A stretch of DNA of 63,282 nt, the filler included, from Acidimicrobiia bacterium (GTDB lineage: Bacteria; Actinomycetota; Acidimicrobiia; Spongiisociales; SHLN01): NCBI GenBank assembly GCA_041619515.1. It is 3 parts of 3 records of this genome, joined end to end, with 100 filler letters (N's around TTAATTAATTAA, not from the genome) between each part and the next. Parts side by side here need not be neighbours in the genome. Positions count along the whole stretch, not along the records: positions 1 to 29,617 come from JBFKDW010000033.1; 2 more parts are not named here. One strand, given 5' to 3'. Shown here piece after piece: positions 18,096-28,742 of this stretch (position 1 is its first letter; every line of letters begins with the position of its first letter). Below the pieces are notes generated by a model that did not search any database, was not told where the DNA came from, and saw only the letters and a list, made by a program, of their open reading frames with translations. Both the position numbers and the translations under genes were made by a program.

Positions 18096-19406
18096 ATGCC
18101 CTCGCCCAGCCTCGACACCATTGCCAACCTCGCCAAAAAGCGCGGGTTCGTCTTCCAGTCATCTGAGATCTACGGCGGGCTGCGCTCCGCCTACGACTAC
18201 GGGCCGCTCGGCGTGGAGCTGCTCCGCAACGTCGAGGCGCAGTGGTGGCATTCGATGGTCAGGACGCGCGACAACATCGTCGGCCTCGATTCGGCGATCC
18301 TGCAGGCCCGCCGGGTGTGGGTGGCGTCCGGCCACGAAGCCGAGTTCACCGACCCGCTCGTGGAATGCACCAGCTGCAACAACCGGTTTCGCACGGACAA
18401 GCTCGACGACCCCGACCAGTGCCCCAACTGTGGCAAGCGGGGGACCTTCACCGAGCCCCGTCAATTCAACCTGCTCTTCACCACCCACATGGGGCCGGTC
18501 GAGGACGAGGGCGCCAAGGTCTACCTGCGCCCCGAGACGGCCCAGGGCATCTTCATCAACTACGAGAACGTGCGGCGAACCTCGCGTCTCAAGCTCCCGT
18601 TCGGGATCGCGCAGATCGGTAAGGCCTTCCGCAACGAGATCACCCCCGGGCAGTTCGTTTTCCGGACCCGCGAGTTCGAACAGATGGAGATGGAGTTCTT
18701 CTGTCATCCGTCCGAGGCTGCCGACTGGTACGAGTACTGGCAGAACGAGCGCCTTCAGTGGTATACCGACCTGGGAATGCCGAAGGAGGATCTGCGGCTG
18801 CGAGAGCACGAACCCGACGAGCTGTCGCACTATTCGGCCGGCACCTCCGATGTCGAGTTCCGGTTTCCGTGGGGGTGGGACGAGCTGGAGGGGATCGCCA
18901 ACCGCACCGACTTCGATCTGCGACAGCACACCGAGCACAGCGGAGTGGATTTGCGCTACTACGACCAGGAGACCGATGAGCGCTTCTTCCCCCATGTCAT
19001 CGAGCCGGCGGCCGGGGCCACTCGCACCACGTTTGCCTTTCTGATCGCGGCCTACGACGAGGAGGAGGTGCGGGGTGACACCCGGACGGTGCTTCGCCTC
19101 GACGCTCGGCTGGCTCCCATCAAGGTGGCGGTGCTTCCGTTGTCCAAGAAGGACGAGCTGCTGCCCGACACCGAAGCTGTGGCTGCATCGCTCCGGTCCC
19201 GCTGGGCGGTGGAGGTGGACGTCACCCAGGCGATCGGCCGACGCTACCGTCGCCAGGACGAGATCGGCACGCCGTATTGCGTCACGATCGACTTCGACAC
19301 GCTCGAAGACCGGGCCGTCACGATCCGCGATCGCGACACCATGGCGCAGGACCGGGTCGCCATCGACCAGGTGGCGGGCTATCTGGCGGAGAGACTTCCG
19401 GGATAG
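18096..19406 (+). CDS. glyQS: Glycine--tRNA ligase (alpha2 type)
   Basis: [64 protein letters not shown]. Confidence 0.97.
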   Translation: MPSPSLDTIANLAKKRGFVFQSSEIYGGLRSAYDYGPLGVELLRNVEAQWWHSMVRTRDNIVGLDSAILQARRVWVASGHEAEFTDPLVECTSCNNRFRTDKLDDPDQCPNCGKRGTFTEPRQFNLLFTTHMGPVEDEGAKVYLRPETAQGIFINYENVRRTSRLKLPFGIAQIGKAFRNEITPGQFVFRTREFEQMEMEFFCHPSEAADWYEYWQNERLQWYTDLGMPKEDLRLREHEPDELSHYSAGTSDVEFRFPWGWDELEGIANRTDFDLRQHTEHSGVDLRYYDQETDERFFPHVIEPAAGATRTTFAFLIAAYDEEEVRGDTRTVLRLDARLAPIKVAVLPLSKKDELLPDTEAVAASLRSRWAVEVDVTQAIGRRYRRQDEIGTPYCVTIDFDTLEDRAVTIRDRDTMAQDRVAIDQVAGYLAERLPG

Positions 19407-19430
19407 CCGGGCCAATCGCGCGGGCTTCGC

Positions 19431-20414
19431 CTACGAGGCCGGCCGGAGCTGCTTCTCCCAAACCTCCCAGCTCAAGGCGGGTTGCATGCCCGCTTGTTCG
19501 TACAGGCGGGTGGCCCCGGTCGGGTTCTCTGCGTCGACGGTGAGCTCGGCTCTCGGGATGTCCCGGCGCACGAACTCGGTGAAGGCCGTCAGGAGCAGAG
19601 CGCGCGCCACACCGCGCCGGCGCCATGAGGGGCGGACCGCAAGGTTGCTGACGCGGGCAGTGTCGATCGCCCGGGGGGAGCTGCCCCGGCAGCACACCGC
19701 ACCGATGATCTCCTCGCCGTCGGTCGCCACGAACCACAGGCCCGGATCGAAGCTCGAGCCCGCCTCGCCTATTTCGAGACGGTGCCACTCCTCGAATTCG
19801 GGGAAGGAGTCGCCCCAATGGTCCCGGAAGGACTCGGCAAGGGCGGCATGAAGGCGAGCATCGTCCCGACCGGGATCGTAGGGCCGGATGGAGACGCCCC
19901 GGGGTGGGCGGGGTGATGAAGGGGTGGCGGTGAGCTCGGTCTCCATCAACCAGAAGGTGCGGACGTAGGCGAACCCCCGCGACGCAAACAGCCGGCGGGC
20001 CGGTTCGTTGTCGGCGAACCGCGCTGCGTGCAGCACTCTGGGATTGCCCGGTGGGAGGTGGCCGATGGCGGCGCGAGCCCGCTGCTCGCCGAGGTGAAGG
20101 AGCCAGGCGCTCAGGCCGCGGCCCCACAGGTGGGGGCGGACGAACACCAGCGCCATGAACGTGGTGAACGGCGCCGCGGTCCACATCTGCAGGCAAGCCG
20201 CGAGGGTCCCGTCCTCGCCGATGAGGAGCGCTCCCGCCGGCAGATGCTCAAAGCCCGAGGCGGCCAGCTCTGCACGGGTTCTCTCGACCGAGGCCCACGG
20301 CCGGCCGATCTCGGCGAGAGTGACCTCGTTGATCAGCTCGGCGACGGCGGCCGCATCCTCCACCGATGCCTCTCGGAGCTCGAAACCCTCGGGCGCGTCC
20401 TTCTCGTGCGGCAC
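19431..20414 (-). CDS. Tandem GNAT N-acetyltransferase
   Basis: Two acetyl-CoA motifs (VRPHLWGRGLS, VRPSWRRRGVA) and VDAENPTGATRLYEQAGM. Confidence 0.88.
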   Translation of the reverse strand: MPHEKDAPEGFELREASVEDAAAVAELINEVTLAEIGRPWASVERTRAELAASGFEHLPAGALLIGEDGTLAACLQMWTAAPFTTFMALVFVRPHLWGRGLSAWLLHLGEQRARAAIGHLPPGNPRVLHAARFADNEPARRLFASRGFAYVRTFWLMETELTATPSSPRPPRGVSIRPYDPGRDDARLHAALAESFRDHWGDSFPEFEEWHRLEIGEAGSSFDPGLWFVATDGEEIIGAVCCRGSSPRAIDTARVSNLAVRPSWRRRGVARALLLTAFTEFVRRDIPRAELTVDAENPTGATRLYEQAGMQPALSWEVWEKQLRPAS

Positions 20415-20469
20415 CCGGCAACGCTACCCGGCCGGACACGTCCGGCTCGGCGCCGGCGGGGGCTTTCCG

Positions 20470-22395
20470 CTAGGCGCCGTGGATCTCAACCGGTGTGATG
20501 TCGCCGGCCGGGACGAAGCCAAAGACCCACCCGTAGAAGGACAGCTCCGACTCGATTGCCTGCTGGATGTTGCCGGCCCGGCGAAACCCGTGGCCTTCGC
20601 CGGCAAACGCCACGTAGGCGTAGGGAATGCCCTGTGCTTCGAGGGCCTCGACCATTTGCTCGGCTTGGCTGGGCAGGACCACCTCGTCGTCCAGGCCCTG
20701 CAGGATCAGCATGGGTGAGGACAGGCGCTCGGTGAAGTGGATGGGCGAGCGGGCCCGGTACAGCTCGCCGGCCTCGGGATAGGGCCCGACCATCGAATCC
20801 AGATACCGGGACTCGAACTTGTGGGTTTCCCGGGCAAGGGCTTCGAGGTCGCCGACGCCGAAGTAGGAGGCACCGGTGGCGAATTCGTCGTGGAAGGTGA
20901 GAGCACAGAGCGTTGTGTACCCGCCGGCACTTGCTCCCCGGATTGCCATGCGGTCCGGGTCGGCGAGGCCCCGGTCTGCCAGGTAGCGGGCTGCGGCAAT
21001 GCAATCATCGGTGTCGATCACGCCCCACTCGCCCCGCAGGGCATTGCGGTAGGACCGCCCGTAGCCGACTGAGCCCCGATAGTTCACGTCGACGACGGCG
21101 AAGCCGCGGCTGGTCCAGAACTGAAGGCCGAGCCGGAACCCGCGGGAGGTGGCTGCGGTGGGCCCGCCGTGCGACCACACCACCAGCGGAGGCAACTCGC
21201 TTTTACCCGCAGTGAAGTCCCGGTTGACGGGCGGATAGTAGAAGGCGTGCGCAACTGCTCTACCGGTGGTGGGGAAACTGATCGTCTCCGGCGTGCTGAC
21301 GTAGGCGATGTCCAGTGCGATGTTCTGGGAGCTGCGAATGACGTCCTCCTGCCCGGTGCCGGTGTCGACCGCCACGACAGCGGCTGGGAGCACTGCGCCG
21401 GCGGCAACGGTCCACACCCGGTCGGCGGTCACGGCGAGCGTGCCGGAGATGACGTCGCGTTCGGTCGGCAGAGTCTGCAGATCACCTCCTTCGATGATGC
21501 CGAGACGGAAGATCCCCTCCCGTTCGAAGATGGCCACGATCGTGCCGTCGTCGAGAAACCCGTGCCGCCGGTAGCCGAACTGCCATTGGGGCGCACCGAA
21601 TTCGGCATCCATCGGGAGCAGGGCCTCCCCGTCGCCCGTCGCTCCGGCCCGGTAGATGTTCCACCATCCGGTCCGATCGGAGACGAAATGGAGGGTGCCG
21701 TCGGGGCTCCATTCGGGCTGGAAGATCGACTCCTCGCTCCCGCCGGCGACCTTCTCGCCGTCGACCAGCACGCCGTCGTCGGTGAGGCCGGCCAGCCAGA
21801 GCTCGGTCCCGTCCCATGGCATGTTGGGGTGATCCCAGCTCAGCCAGGCGAGCTGCCGTCCATCGGGGGAGACCCGCGGGGAGGAGTAGAAATCGTGGCC
21901 GTCTTCGATTATCCGGGGTGGAGCTGATCCATCAACCGGGAACATCACGAGCTCGTTCGCAACGCTGCCATCGGGGAGGTGGCGCTCCCGCACGCAGATG
22001 ATGTGCGCGCCGTGGAAGGCGTAGTCCGCAAACCGGTCGGCAGCAGCCTTGGCGGGCTCGGGGGTGATGGGCTGTGGCTCTCCGCCGTCGAGCCGGTAGA
22101 CGCGCTGGTCCTCGAATCTCGATGAGACGACGACCCGGTCATGGACCGCGTAGGCCCCTCCGCCGTACTCGTGGACTCGCGTCCGAGCATCGAAGCCCTC
22201 CGGGGCCACGTCCTCGATGGCACCCGTGGCGTTTCGGCGCACGATCACGCTCCGCCCTGCCTCGAACGGCCGGGACTCCAGCCAGTAGATGTCGGCGCCA
22301 TCGGAGGTGACTTCTGAAAGGCCGATCCCCGCCTCGGTCACCATGGCGGGGGTGATGGGCGATTCCCAGGATCCGTAGGGGGCAACGGTGGTCAT
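20470..22395 (-). CDS. S9 family (prolyl oligopeptidase/acylaminoacyl) peptidase
   Basis: MTTVAPYGSWESPIT N-terminus, HGGPT, GASAGG nucleophile, QGLDDEVV, GEGHGF; SD GAGGA before 22395. Confidence 0.93.
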   Translation of the reverse strand: MTTVAPYGSWESPITPAMVTEAGIGLSEVTSDGADIYWLESRPFEAGRSVIVRRNATGAIEDVAPEGFDARTRVHEYGGGAYAVHDRVVVSSRFEDQRVYRLDGGEPQPITPEPAKAAADRFADYAFHGAHIICVRERHLPDGSVANELVMFPVDGSAPPRIIEDGHDFYSSPRVSPDGRQLAWLSWDHPNMPWDGTELWLAGLTDDGVLVDGEKVAGGSEESIFQPEWSPDGTLHFVSDRTGWWNIYRAGATGDGEALLPMDAEFGAPQWQFGYRRHGFLDDGTIVAIFEREGIFRLGIIEGGDLQTLPTERDVISGTLAVTADRVWTVAAGAVLPAAVVAVDTGTGQEDVIRSSQNIALDIAYVSTPETISFPTTGRAVAHAFYYPPVNRDFTAGKSELPPLVVWSHGGPTAATSRGFRLGLQFWTSRGFAVVDVNYRGSVGYGRSYRNALRGEWGVIDTDDCIAAARYLADRGLADPDRMAIRGASAGGYTTLCALTFHDEFATGASYFGVGDLEALARETHKFESRYLDSMVGPYPEAGELYRARSPIHFTERLSSPMLILQGLDDEVVLPSQAEQMVEALEAQGIPYAYVAFAGEGHGFRRAGNIQQAIESELSFYGWVFGFVPAGDITPVEIHGA

Positions 22396-22447
22396 GAGGT
22401 CCTCAAGCAGGGAAGACCAGGTTAGGGAAGGTGGGTGAGAGTCGGGA

Positions 22448-23899
22448 TTACGAGGCGGGGGCGAGGGCTGGTGCCGGTCCGGACTCGAGGAAGTACGGAT
22501 CGATCGGGAGGAGCCGTCGATCCGGCGGCACAAGCGCTCGATCGACGGCTCCGAGGTAGCCCTCCGCCGTCCGGTCCCATGTGTAGTGCTCGTGCACCCG
22601 GCGGCGGCCGGCGGCGGCCAGAGTGTCCCATTCGTCGCCGAGGGCTCGCTCGAGCCCGGCGGCGATGTCGTGCGGGTCGGTGGGGTCGACCAGAACCCCG
22701 TACTCGCCGGCCTCATCGGCGAGGCTCTCCGACGGCCCGCCGTTGCGGGTGACCACCACCGGCAGCCCGGCCGCGGCCGCTTCGAGAGGGGCGAGGCCGA
22801 AGGGCTCATAGAGCGCAGCCAGGGCGAAGACGCCCCGGTGCTGGGCGAGGAATCGGTAGGCGGCCGCCAGCTGTTCCTGTCCCTGGAGGCCGAAAGCGGC
22901 AACCATCCCCTCCAGGTTTGCTTCCTCGATGCCGGCTCGCACCGCCCGAATCTCGGCGCGCTCGACGGCGGTGGCGGCGCCGGCGTCCACGAGAGGATCG
23001 TCGATGGATCCGGTGATCAGCAGCAGATTGGCGCTCCGCTGGAGTCGGGCGCTCGACGCGTACGCCCGGACCAGCCCGACGACGTTCTTCTTGGGCTCGA
23101 GACGGCTCGAGGCGACGATGGTGGGAAGCCCGGCTCGCCGTCCGGTGATGGTGGCCAGGCGGGAGGCAACGTATTCGGCCACCCGGTGTTCGTCGGGCGA
23201 CTCGCTCTCGCGGTCGAAGATGTCGAGGTTGACGCCTGGAGGCACAACGGCAAATCGGCTGTCGTCGTCGACTGCCACCGCCGCGGCGTAGCGGGGGTGG
23301 GCGTACTGTTCGTAGCGTTCCGTTCGGGTCGAGACGATGTTCACGCCGGAATGGTTGATCGCCAGGCGCTCGGCGCTCAAGCGTATCCCGAACCGATAGC
23401 GGCCATCGAGGTCGGCGAGGTCGCCGCCCTCGTCGAGCAGCTTGTCGAGCTTCTGGGCTCCGAGCGAGTGGGCGGTGAACGTGAAAGGAACGCCGGTCTC
23501 CCGCTGGAGCAGCACCGCCGCCAAGCCGCCGTCGCCGTAGTGGCCGGTGAAGGCGTCGGGGAGGGAATCGCCGTAGTGAGCGAGGATGTTCGGCACCCAG
23601 TCCCGGGGGAGGAACGGCCACAGGTCCTCTTTGGGTAGGAAGGCGTCGGTGTCGCCTGCCTTCAGCCGGACGATCCGAACGTTCGGTTCATCCGGATACT
23701 CGTCAACGGTCCCGGAAAACTCCGGCCACTGCGGGTCGTCGATCAGGCGGGTGACGATGTCGACCCGATGTCCGAGGCTCCCCAGAGCGTGCGCCACCTG
23801 TTTGACGTACACGAGCTGGCCCCCGAAGTCGGGGTGGGCGGTCAGGTGGCTGTCGGCCGGATCGAAGTTGCCTTGCGGGTTGAGAAAGGCGAGGTGCAC
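22448..23899 (-). CDS. Sucrose-phosphate synthase-like GT4 glycosyltransferase (no phosphatase domain)
   Basis: AFLNPQGNFDPAD...HPDFGGQLVYV, GHYGDGG, FTAHSLGAQK, SRLEPKKN and YEPFGLAPLEA match Halothermothrix-type SPS motifs as I recall them. Confidence 0.8.
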   Translation of the reverse strand: MHLAFLNPQGNFDPADSHLTAHPDFGGQLVYVKQVAHALGSLGHRVDIVTRLIDDPQWPEFSGTVDEYPDEPNVRIVRLKAGDTDAFLPKEDLWPFLPRDWVPNILAHYGDSLPDAFTGHYGDGGLAAVLLQRETGVPFTFTAHSLGAQKLDKLLDEGGDLADLDGRYRFGIRLSAERLAINHSGVNIVSTRTERYEQYAHPRYAAAVAVDDDSRFAVVPPGVNLDIFDRESESPDEHRVAEYVASRLATITGRRAGLPTIVASSRLEPKKNVVGLVRAYASSARLQRSANLLLITGSIDDPLVDAGAATAVERAEIRAVRAGIEEANLEGMVAAFGLQGQEQLAAAYRFLAQHRGVFALAALYEPFGLAPLEAAAAGLPVVVTRNGGPSESLADEAGEYGVLVDPTDPHDIAAGLERALGDEWDTLAAAGRRRVHEHYTWDRTAEGYLGAVDRALVPPDRRLLPIDPYFLESGPAPALAPAS

Positions 23900-23981
23900 T
23901 CGACCGAGTCTACGGGCGGCCGGCGAGCCCGGGAACTCCCGGCGCGGTCGATCCTGCGGCCGGAGGGGGTACTCTCTGCCC

Positions 23982-25745
23982 GTGGCCTTTCAGCGGGAAG
24001 ACATTGAACGGGTGCGGGCGGCCACCAACCTCGTCGAGCTGGTCGGTGAGGTCACCAAGGTGAAGAAGTCCGGCCGCAACGTGATGGCGGTGTGCCCGTT
24101 CCATCAGGAGAAGACGCCTTCCATGTCGGTGGATGCGGCGCGAGGCCTGTACCACTGCTTCGGATGTGGAGAGAGCGGCGACCTGTTCCGGTTCGTCGAG
24201 CAGACCCAGGGGTTGAACTTCAGTGAGGCCCTGGAGCTGCTCGCTCGCCGGGCCGGGATTCAGTTGCGGATCGACCCCGCCGCCCAGAAACGCCGGGGTG
24301 AGCGCGAGGAGCTCGTCGAGGCTGTCGGCGCCGCCATCGAGTTCTACCACGAGCGCCTCCGGAAGGCCGATGATGCGGGCGCAGCTCGCAGCTACCTGCG
24401 GGGGAGGGGCTACGACACCGATGTCGTGGAGCGATTCCAGATCGGGTACTCGCCGGACGCGTTCACGGCGCTCTACGACCATCTGCGTGGTGAGCGCAAG
24501 ATTCCCGACCGAATCATGGAAAAGGCCGGTTTGGTGGCCCGCAATCAGCGCGGCCGCAGATACGACCGCTTCCGGGGCCGGGTGATGTTCCCGATCTTCG
24601 ACCTGCGAGGTGACCCGGTCGGCTTCGGTGCCCGTCTGCTGGCGGGGGAGGGACCGAAATACCTGAACAGCCCCGAGACTCAGATCTACCGCAAATCCAA
24701 CCTCTTGTACGGCCTCAACTGGGCGAAGTCCGAGATGGTCCGCCAGGGGGTGGCGGTGGTGGTGGAGGGCTATACCGATGTGATCGCCGTGCATCAGGCC
24801 GATGTGCCGGCGGTCGCCACCTGCGGGACGGCCTTTGGCGAGGGTCACCTGGATCTGCTGCGACGGTTCACCGAGCGGGTGGTTCTGGCATTCGATGCCG
24901 ACGAGGCAGGCGTCGGCGCCGCTCTGCGGGGGTTCGAGCACTCAGTTCCGGGCGATCTCGACTTGCGGGTAGCCCCGCTTCCCCCCGGCCGGGATCCCGG
25001 TGACCTGGCTGAATCGGGCGATATCGACCTGCTCCGAAAGGCGGTGTCGCTCGAGTCGTCGGTTCCCCTGCTCCAGTTCCGCCTGGAGCAGGAGCTCGGA
25101 CGGCATCGGCTGGACGAGGCCGAGGCACGGGGACGGGCCATCAAGGCGGCCGCCACCATCGTGGCCCGGCATCCCGACCCCGTCACTCGGCATGAATACG
25201 CAGTCTTCCTGTCCCGGCGCACCGGTGTCGACCTGCCGGTGATCGAGCAAGCTGTCCTTCGGGCGGGTCGGACGCATGCTCCGGCGGCCGCAGCCGAGGT
25301 TGCCTCCGGATACCGGCAGCCCCAGACGGGCCGTGGCCGCGCCGAGCAGGAGTATTTGCGGCTCATGCTGGCGAACGCTCCCGGCCTGGCGGAATCCACC
25401 CTGGACGCCGAGGCCTTTGTGGATCCGATGCACCAGGAGGCGTTCCGGCTGCTGGCCCCGGTGATCGCCGAGCTCGAGCCGGGAGCCGCCCCGGAGCTCG
25501 GCTCGCTGATCGGTGACGACCCCGGGGAGCCGGCTTCGCTGCTGCGCCATCTGGCGATGGTCGACCGCCCACTGGCCGGAGCCGCCGACCTTGCGCGGCG
25601 AATCACCGTGTGGCAGCTGGAGGACCGCATCCGGCACCTCCAGTCGGCGCTGGCATCCGTGCTGCCGGGAGAGGACCGTTCACACGAAACCGCGGAGCTA
25701 TTAGGTTTATTGGAGAGGAAGCAGCAGCTTCTCGAAAACGACTAG
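23982..25745 (+). CDS. dnaG: DNA primase
   Basis: [10 protein letters not shown]...HCFGC zinc ribbon, [40 protein letters not shown] 6 nt before GTG 23982. Confidence 0.96.
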   Translation: MAFQREDIERVRAATNLVELVGEVTKVKKSGRNVMAVCPFHQEKTPSMSVDAARGLYHCFGCGESGDLFRFVEQTQGLNFSEALELLARRAGIQLRIDPAAQKRRGEREELVEAVGAAIEFYHERLRKADDAGAARSYLRGRGYDTDVVERFQIGYSPDAFTALYDHLRGERKIPDRIMEKAGLVARNQRGRRYDRFRGRVMFPIFDLRGDPVGFGARLLAGEGPKYLNSPETQIYRKSNLLYGLNWAKSEMVRQGVAVVVEGYTDVIAVHQADVPAVATCGTAFGEGHLDLLRRFTERVVLAFDADEAGVGAALRGFEHSVPGDLDLRVAPLPPGRDPGDLAESGDIDLLRKAVSLESSVPLLQFRLEQELGRHRLDEAEARGRAIKAAATIVARHPDPVTRHEYAVFLSRRTGVDLPVIEQAVLRAGRTHAPAAAAEVASGYRQPQTGRGRAEQEYLRLMLANAPGLAESTLDAEAFVDPMHQEAFRLLAPVIAELEPGAAPELGSLIGDDPGEPASLLRHLAMVDRPLAGAADLARRITVWQLEDRIRHLQSALASVLPGEDRSHETAELLGLLERKQQLLEND

Positions 25746-25752
25746 GCCCCTC

Positions 25753-26883
25753 GTGACTGATATAGCCAAAGGTGTGATCGATCTCCTCGTCATCCGGGGA
25801 GAGCAGCGCGGGTTCCTGACCATGGGCGAGGTCCAGCAGGAGCTGGAGGACGCAAAAGCCCCGGCGGACTCGTTCGAGCGGGTCCTCGACGCACTCAAGG
25901 CCGCCGAGGTGAGAATCGAAGAGGACGGCCCCGAAGCGTGGGACGATCTCCACACGGGGGACGACCTCATCGTGGTCTCGGATCCAGTGCGCATGTATTT
26001 GCAGGAGATCGGTCGGGTACCACTGCTCACCCCGCAGCAAGAGGTCGAGCTGGCGATGCAGATCGAGAACGGGAGGCGGGCCGAACAGCGACTGGACGCG
26101 GAGCCCGGGCTGGACAAAGTGGAACGGGCGATCCTCGAAGCCGGCGTCAAGAAGGGGGATCGGGCCGCCGAGCACCTGGTGGAGGCCAACCTGCGCCTGG
26201 TGGTTTCGATTGCGAAGAAATACGTCGGCCGGGGCATGCCCCTGCTCGATCTCTTCCAGGAGGGGAACCTGGGCTTGATGCGGGCGGCCGAGAAGTTCGA
26301 TTACCGCAAAGGCTTCCGCTTCTCGACCTATGCCACCTGGTGGATCAGGCAATCGGTGACCCGGGCGCTCGCCGACCAGGGGCGCACCATCCGGGTTCCG
26401 GTCCACATGGTGGAAACGATCAACAAACTCATTCATGCCCAGCGGGCGCTCATGCAGGAGCTGGGTCGGGAGCCGACCATCCCGGAGATCGCCGCCGATC
26501 TGGAGGTCGACCCCGAGCGGGTTACCGAGCTGCGCCGTATCGCTCAGGATCCCGTCTCGCTCGAGAGCCCGCTCGGGACGGAAGAGGAGTCGACACTCGG
26601 CGACTTCGTCGAGGATCGGGAAGCCGACGTCCCGGTTGAGGTGGCGTCCTTCAAACTGCTGCAGGAGTACATCGCGTTGGCGCTCGAGGAGCTGAACGAG
26701 CGGGAGCGCCAGGTGCTGGTGATGCGATTCGGCTTGGAGGACGGGAAGGTCAAGACCCTGGAGGAGGTTGGTGCCTACTTCGGCGTGACCAGGGAACGGG
26801 TGCGCCAGCTGGAGACCAAAGCGCTCGCCAAGCTCAGGATGCCCGCCCGCAATCGGGAGCTGCAGGGCTTCCTCGACTCCTAG
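25753..26883 (+). CDS. rpoD: RpoD/SigA-type sigma-70 factor
   Basis: Region 1.1-like N-terminus, [58 protein letters not shown]; directly after dnaG. Confidence 0.9.
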   Translation: MTDIAKGVIDLLVIRGEQRGFLTMGEVQQELEDAKAPADSFERVLDALKAAEVRIEEDGPEAWDDLHTGDDLIVVSDPVRMYLQEIGRVPLLTPQQEVELAMQIENGRRAEQRLDAEPGLDKVERAILEAGVKKGDRAAEHLVEANLRLVVSIAKKYVGRGMPLLDLFQEGNLGLMRAAEKFDYRKGFRFSTYATWWIRQSVTRALADQGRTIRVPVHMVETINKLIHAQRALMQELGREPTIPEIAADLEVDPERVTELRRIAQDPVSLESPLGTEEESTLGDFVEDREADVPVEVASFKLLQEYIALALEELNERERQVLVMRFGLEDGKVKTLEEVGAYFGVTRERVRQLETKALAKLRMPARNRELQGFLDS

Positions 26884-26892
26884 CCGGCGCCG

Positions 26893-26909
26893 GCCTGGCT
26901 ATGCCAGGC
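26893..26909. terminator. GC-rich hairpin between convergent genes, possible terminator
   Basis: GCCTGGC-TAT-GCCAGGC about 10 nt after the rpoD stop; no U-tract. Confidence 0.45.
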
Positions 26910-26920
26910 TGAGGATTTGC

Positions 26921-27112
26921 TCACCTGTTGCGGGCTGCCTGGTTGGCTTTGTCCATGAGCCCCTTGCCGGCGGCTACGAGATCCTGAACCTCGGGCCGGG
27001 AAACGACACCGTTGAACGCCTCCACGATTTGCTCGTACCGCTCCCGCCCGGCCTTGGCGCCGAGCACGTAGCCCGCGCCGAATCCGATCACCAGTCCCGC
27101 CTTCAACGCCAT
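26921..27112 (-). CDS. Small membrane-anchored YtxH-like actinobacterial protein
   Basis: GFGAGYVLGAKAGRERYEQI motif; SD AGGAGG upstream of ATG 27112. Confidence 0.82.
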   Translation of the reverse strand: MALKAGLVIGFGAGYVLGAKAGRERYEQIVEAFNGVVSRPEVQDLVAAGKGLMDKANQAARNR

Positions 27113-27240
27113 GTGTCCCGAATCCTCCTGCGTGATTCCGACGAGTGTATCGCCGGACGGCGCGGTCACCGGCCCACTCGACCTGGTGGGCTGGGCGGCT
27201 CCTGAGAGATGAGACCGGCTGCTACGCTTTCGCCGTTCCA

Positions 27241-27316
27241 TCCGGGGTAGCTCAATCGGCAGAGCAACGGGCTGTTAACCCGCAGGTTGCGAGTTCGAGT
27301 CTCGCCCCCGGAGCCA
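27241..27316 (+). tRNA. tRNA-Asn (GTT)
   Basis: 76-nt cloverleaf: acceptor TCCGGGG/CCCCGGA, D-arm TAGCTCAATCGGCAGAGC, anticodon loop CT-GTT-AA, T-loop GTTCGAGTC, encoded CCA. Confidence 0.97.
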
Positions 27317-27321
27317 TGACA

Positions 27322-27357
27322 AGACCCCGGTTGAGACCCCTGTTGACCGGGGGTTTC
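27322..27357 (+). terminator. Intrinsic terminator-like hairpin after tRNA-Asn
   Basis: CCCCGGTT...GACCGGGG stem followed by GTTTC. Confidence 0.6.
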
Positions 27358-27816
27358 GTCGTCTCTATCCCGCCGTGCACGGCTGCCATTTGGGTCACAG
27401 GGTGCGGAGAGGGCGCGCCCTGGGTCAGCCGTCGGCGTTCTCAGCGTGAGCGCTGCGGCTCCAACCGGTCGGCGATCTCGTCCCTTACGTCGCGCAGAGG
27501 TGTCGGTAGACATCCATGGTGACACGAATTGATGAGTGCCCGAGGTGTGTGCTCCGGAACGTGTCCAGGGTGGGCGCCGGCGGTAGCGCAGATTGCCGGA
27601 TCGGCTCGGACCGGGGTGCGCCATATCGCGCGGCGTGGTGAATGATCTGGGCGCTGGATCCTCGCTGTGGTGTAGATGGCGCAGCTCAGGTTCCAGTCCG
27701 GCTGGGTCTACTGTTTGCGATTTCGACCGGGTCTTCCCTGGTTGAGGGCCAAGATCAGGTCGGCTCCGGCAATCCAACCGATTCGTTGCTTCAAACCGCT
27801 GGTGGCTGCTGGCCTG

Positions 27817-28203
27817 CTACTCGGGTTTGTTGAACATGTAACGGGAGATCTTCCAGCCGTCAGTGTGGGTTCGCTGGAACAGGAAGATCTCTCGGTTGGA
27901 TTCGGCCGACTGATCCCCGGTGGAGAGAACGGTCTGCGTTCCATTGCTGCGTGTCAAGGCGTGGGCCGTTTCGTCGGAAGTGACGACGAGCTCGTCGATG
28001 GTGAACGTGACGTCCAGGCGGATCGCATCGAAGATCGCGCGGTATCCGTCTGCCATATCGGCCCCGGTGACGGTCGGCAGGGTCGTGGGCATGAAGACAC
28101 CGTCGTCTGCGTAGCAGGATGCGGCGAGGTCGGCGTCGCTTGTGTTGAGGGATCGCTCGTACGTCGTGAGGAGTTCTCGGATCTGGTTCTGGTGGGTGCT
28201 CAT
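27817..28203 (-). CDS. SnoaL/NTF2-like (YybH-type) protein
   Basis: YERSLNTSDA..CYADDGVFMP...NREIFLFQR..WKISRYMFN. Confidence 0.85.
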   Translation of the reverse strand: MSTHQNQIRELLTTYERSLNTSDADLAASCYADDGVFMPTTLPTVTGADMADGYRAIFDAIRLDVTFTIDELVVTSDETAHALTRSNGTQTVLSTGDQSAESNREIFLFQRTHTDGWKISRYMFNKPE

Positions 28204-28223
28204 GGCAAGGCCTTTCAAAGTAG

Positions 28224-28269
28224 ATTCTGTGGAATGCAACAGAGATGAGTAGGATCTATTCCATGGAAT
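28224..28269. promoter_or_regulatory. Two 12-bp palindromes (ATTCTGTGGAAT; ATTCCATGGAAT), candidate MarR operators
   Basis: 28224-28235 and the perfect palindrome 28258-28269 lie in the divergent gap; the second overlaps the marR ATG. Confidence 0.65.
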
Positions 28270-28742
28270 CGAAACTGCCATCCCGAACAGGTGTGAGGGT
28301 GGAGCTGGCCAAGTTGTTCAGTGACCTGGTGAGGTTGGAGACCGAACTGTGGGATCTGATCGACCGCCGACTCCGTCGCGATCACGATCTCCCACTGTCG
28401 TGGTTCGAGCCGATGCAAGTGATGGATCGGGTTCCCGACTGCCGAGTGGCTGACATCGCCGAGATGTTGTCGATCACGGTGGGCGGCACGAGCAAACTGG
28501 TCGACCGCATCGAGCGGTCCGGCCTGTGTCGCCGTGCCCCCAACCCCGACGACGCTCGATCGTCGCTCCTCGCCCTCACCCGCGCCGGACGCCGCCGTCT
28601 CGATGCCGCCCAGCGCTCGTTCGAAGACCAACTCGAGGCCTCGCTCGGAGCCGCGCTTGCCCCCGAGCGGCTCGATTCACTCGCGTCGACCGTGCGGGCC
28701 GTGCGACGGCACATCGCCGACCAACGAGGGAGCACCCGATGA
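28263..28742 (+). CDS. MarR family transcriptional regulator
   Basis: ITVGGTSKLVDRIERSGLCRRAPNPDDARSSLLALT; TAGGAT 7 nt before ATG 28263 (GTG 28299 is an alternative start). Confidence 0.9.
   Translation: MESKLPSRTGVRVELAKLFSDLVRLETELWDLIDRRLRRDHDLPLSWFEPMQVMDRVPDCRVADIAEMLSITVGGTSKLVDRIERSGLCRRAPNPDDARSSLLALTRAGRRRLDAAQRSFEDQLEASLGAALAPERLDSLASTVRAVRRHIADQRGSTR

Noticed and set aside
27360..27816. IS element or prophage at tRNA-Asn
   Set aside because: No transposase or integrase ORF, terminal inverted repeats or att duplication recognisable; kept only as a low-interest finding.
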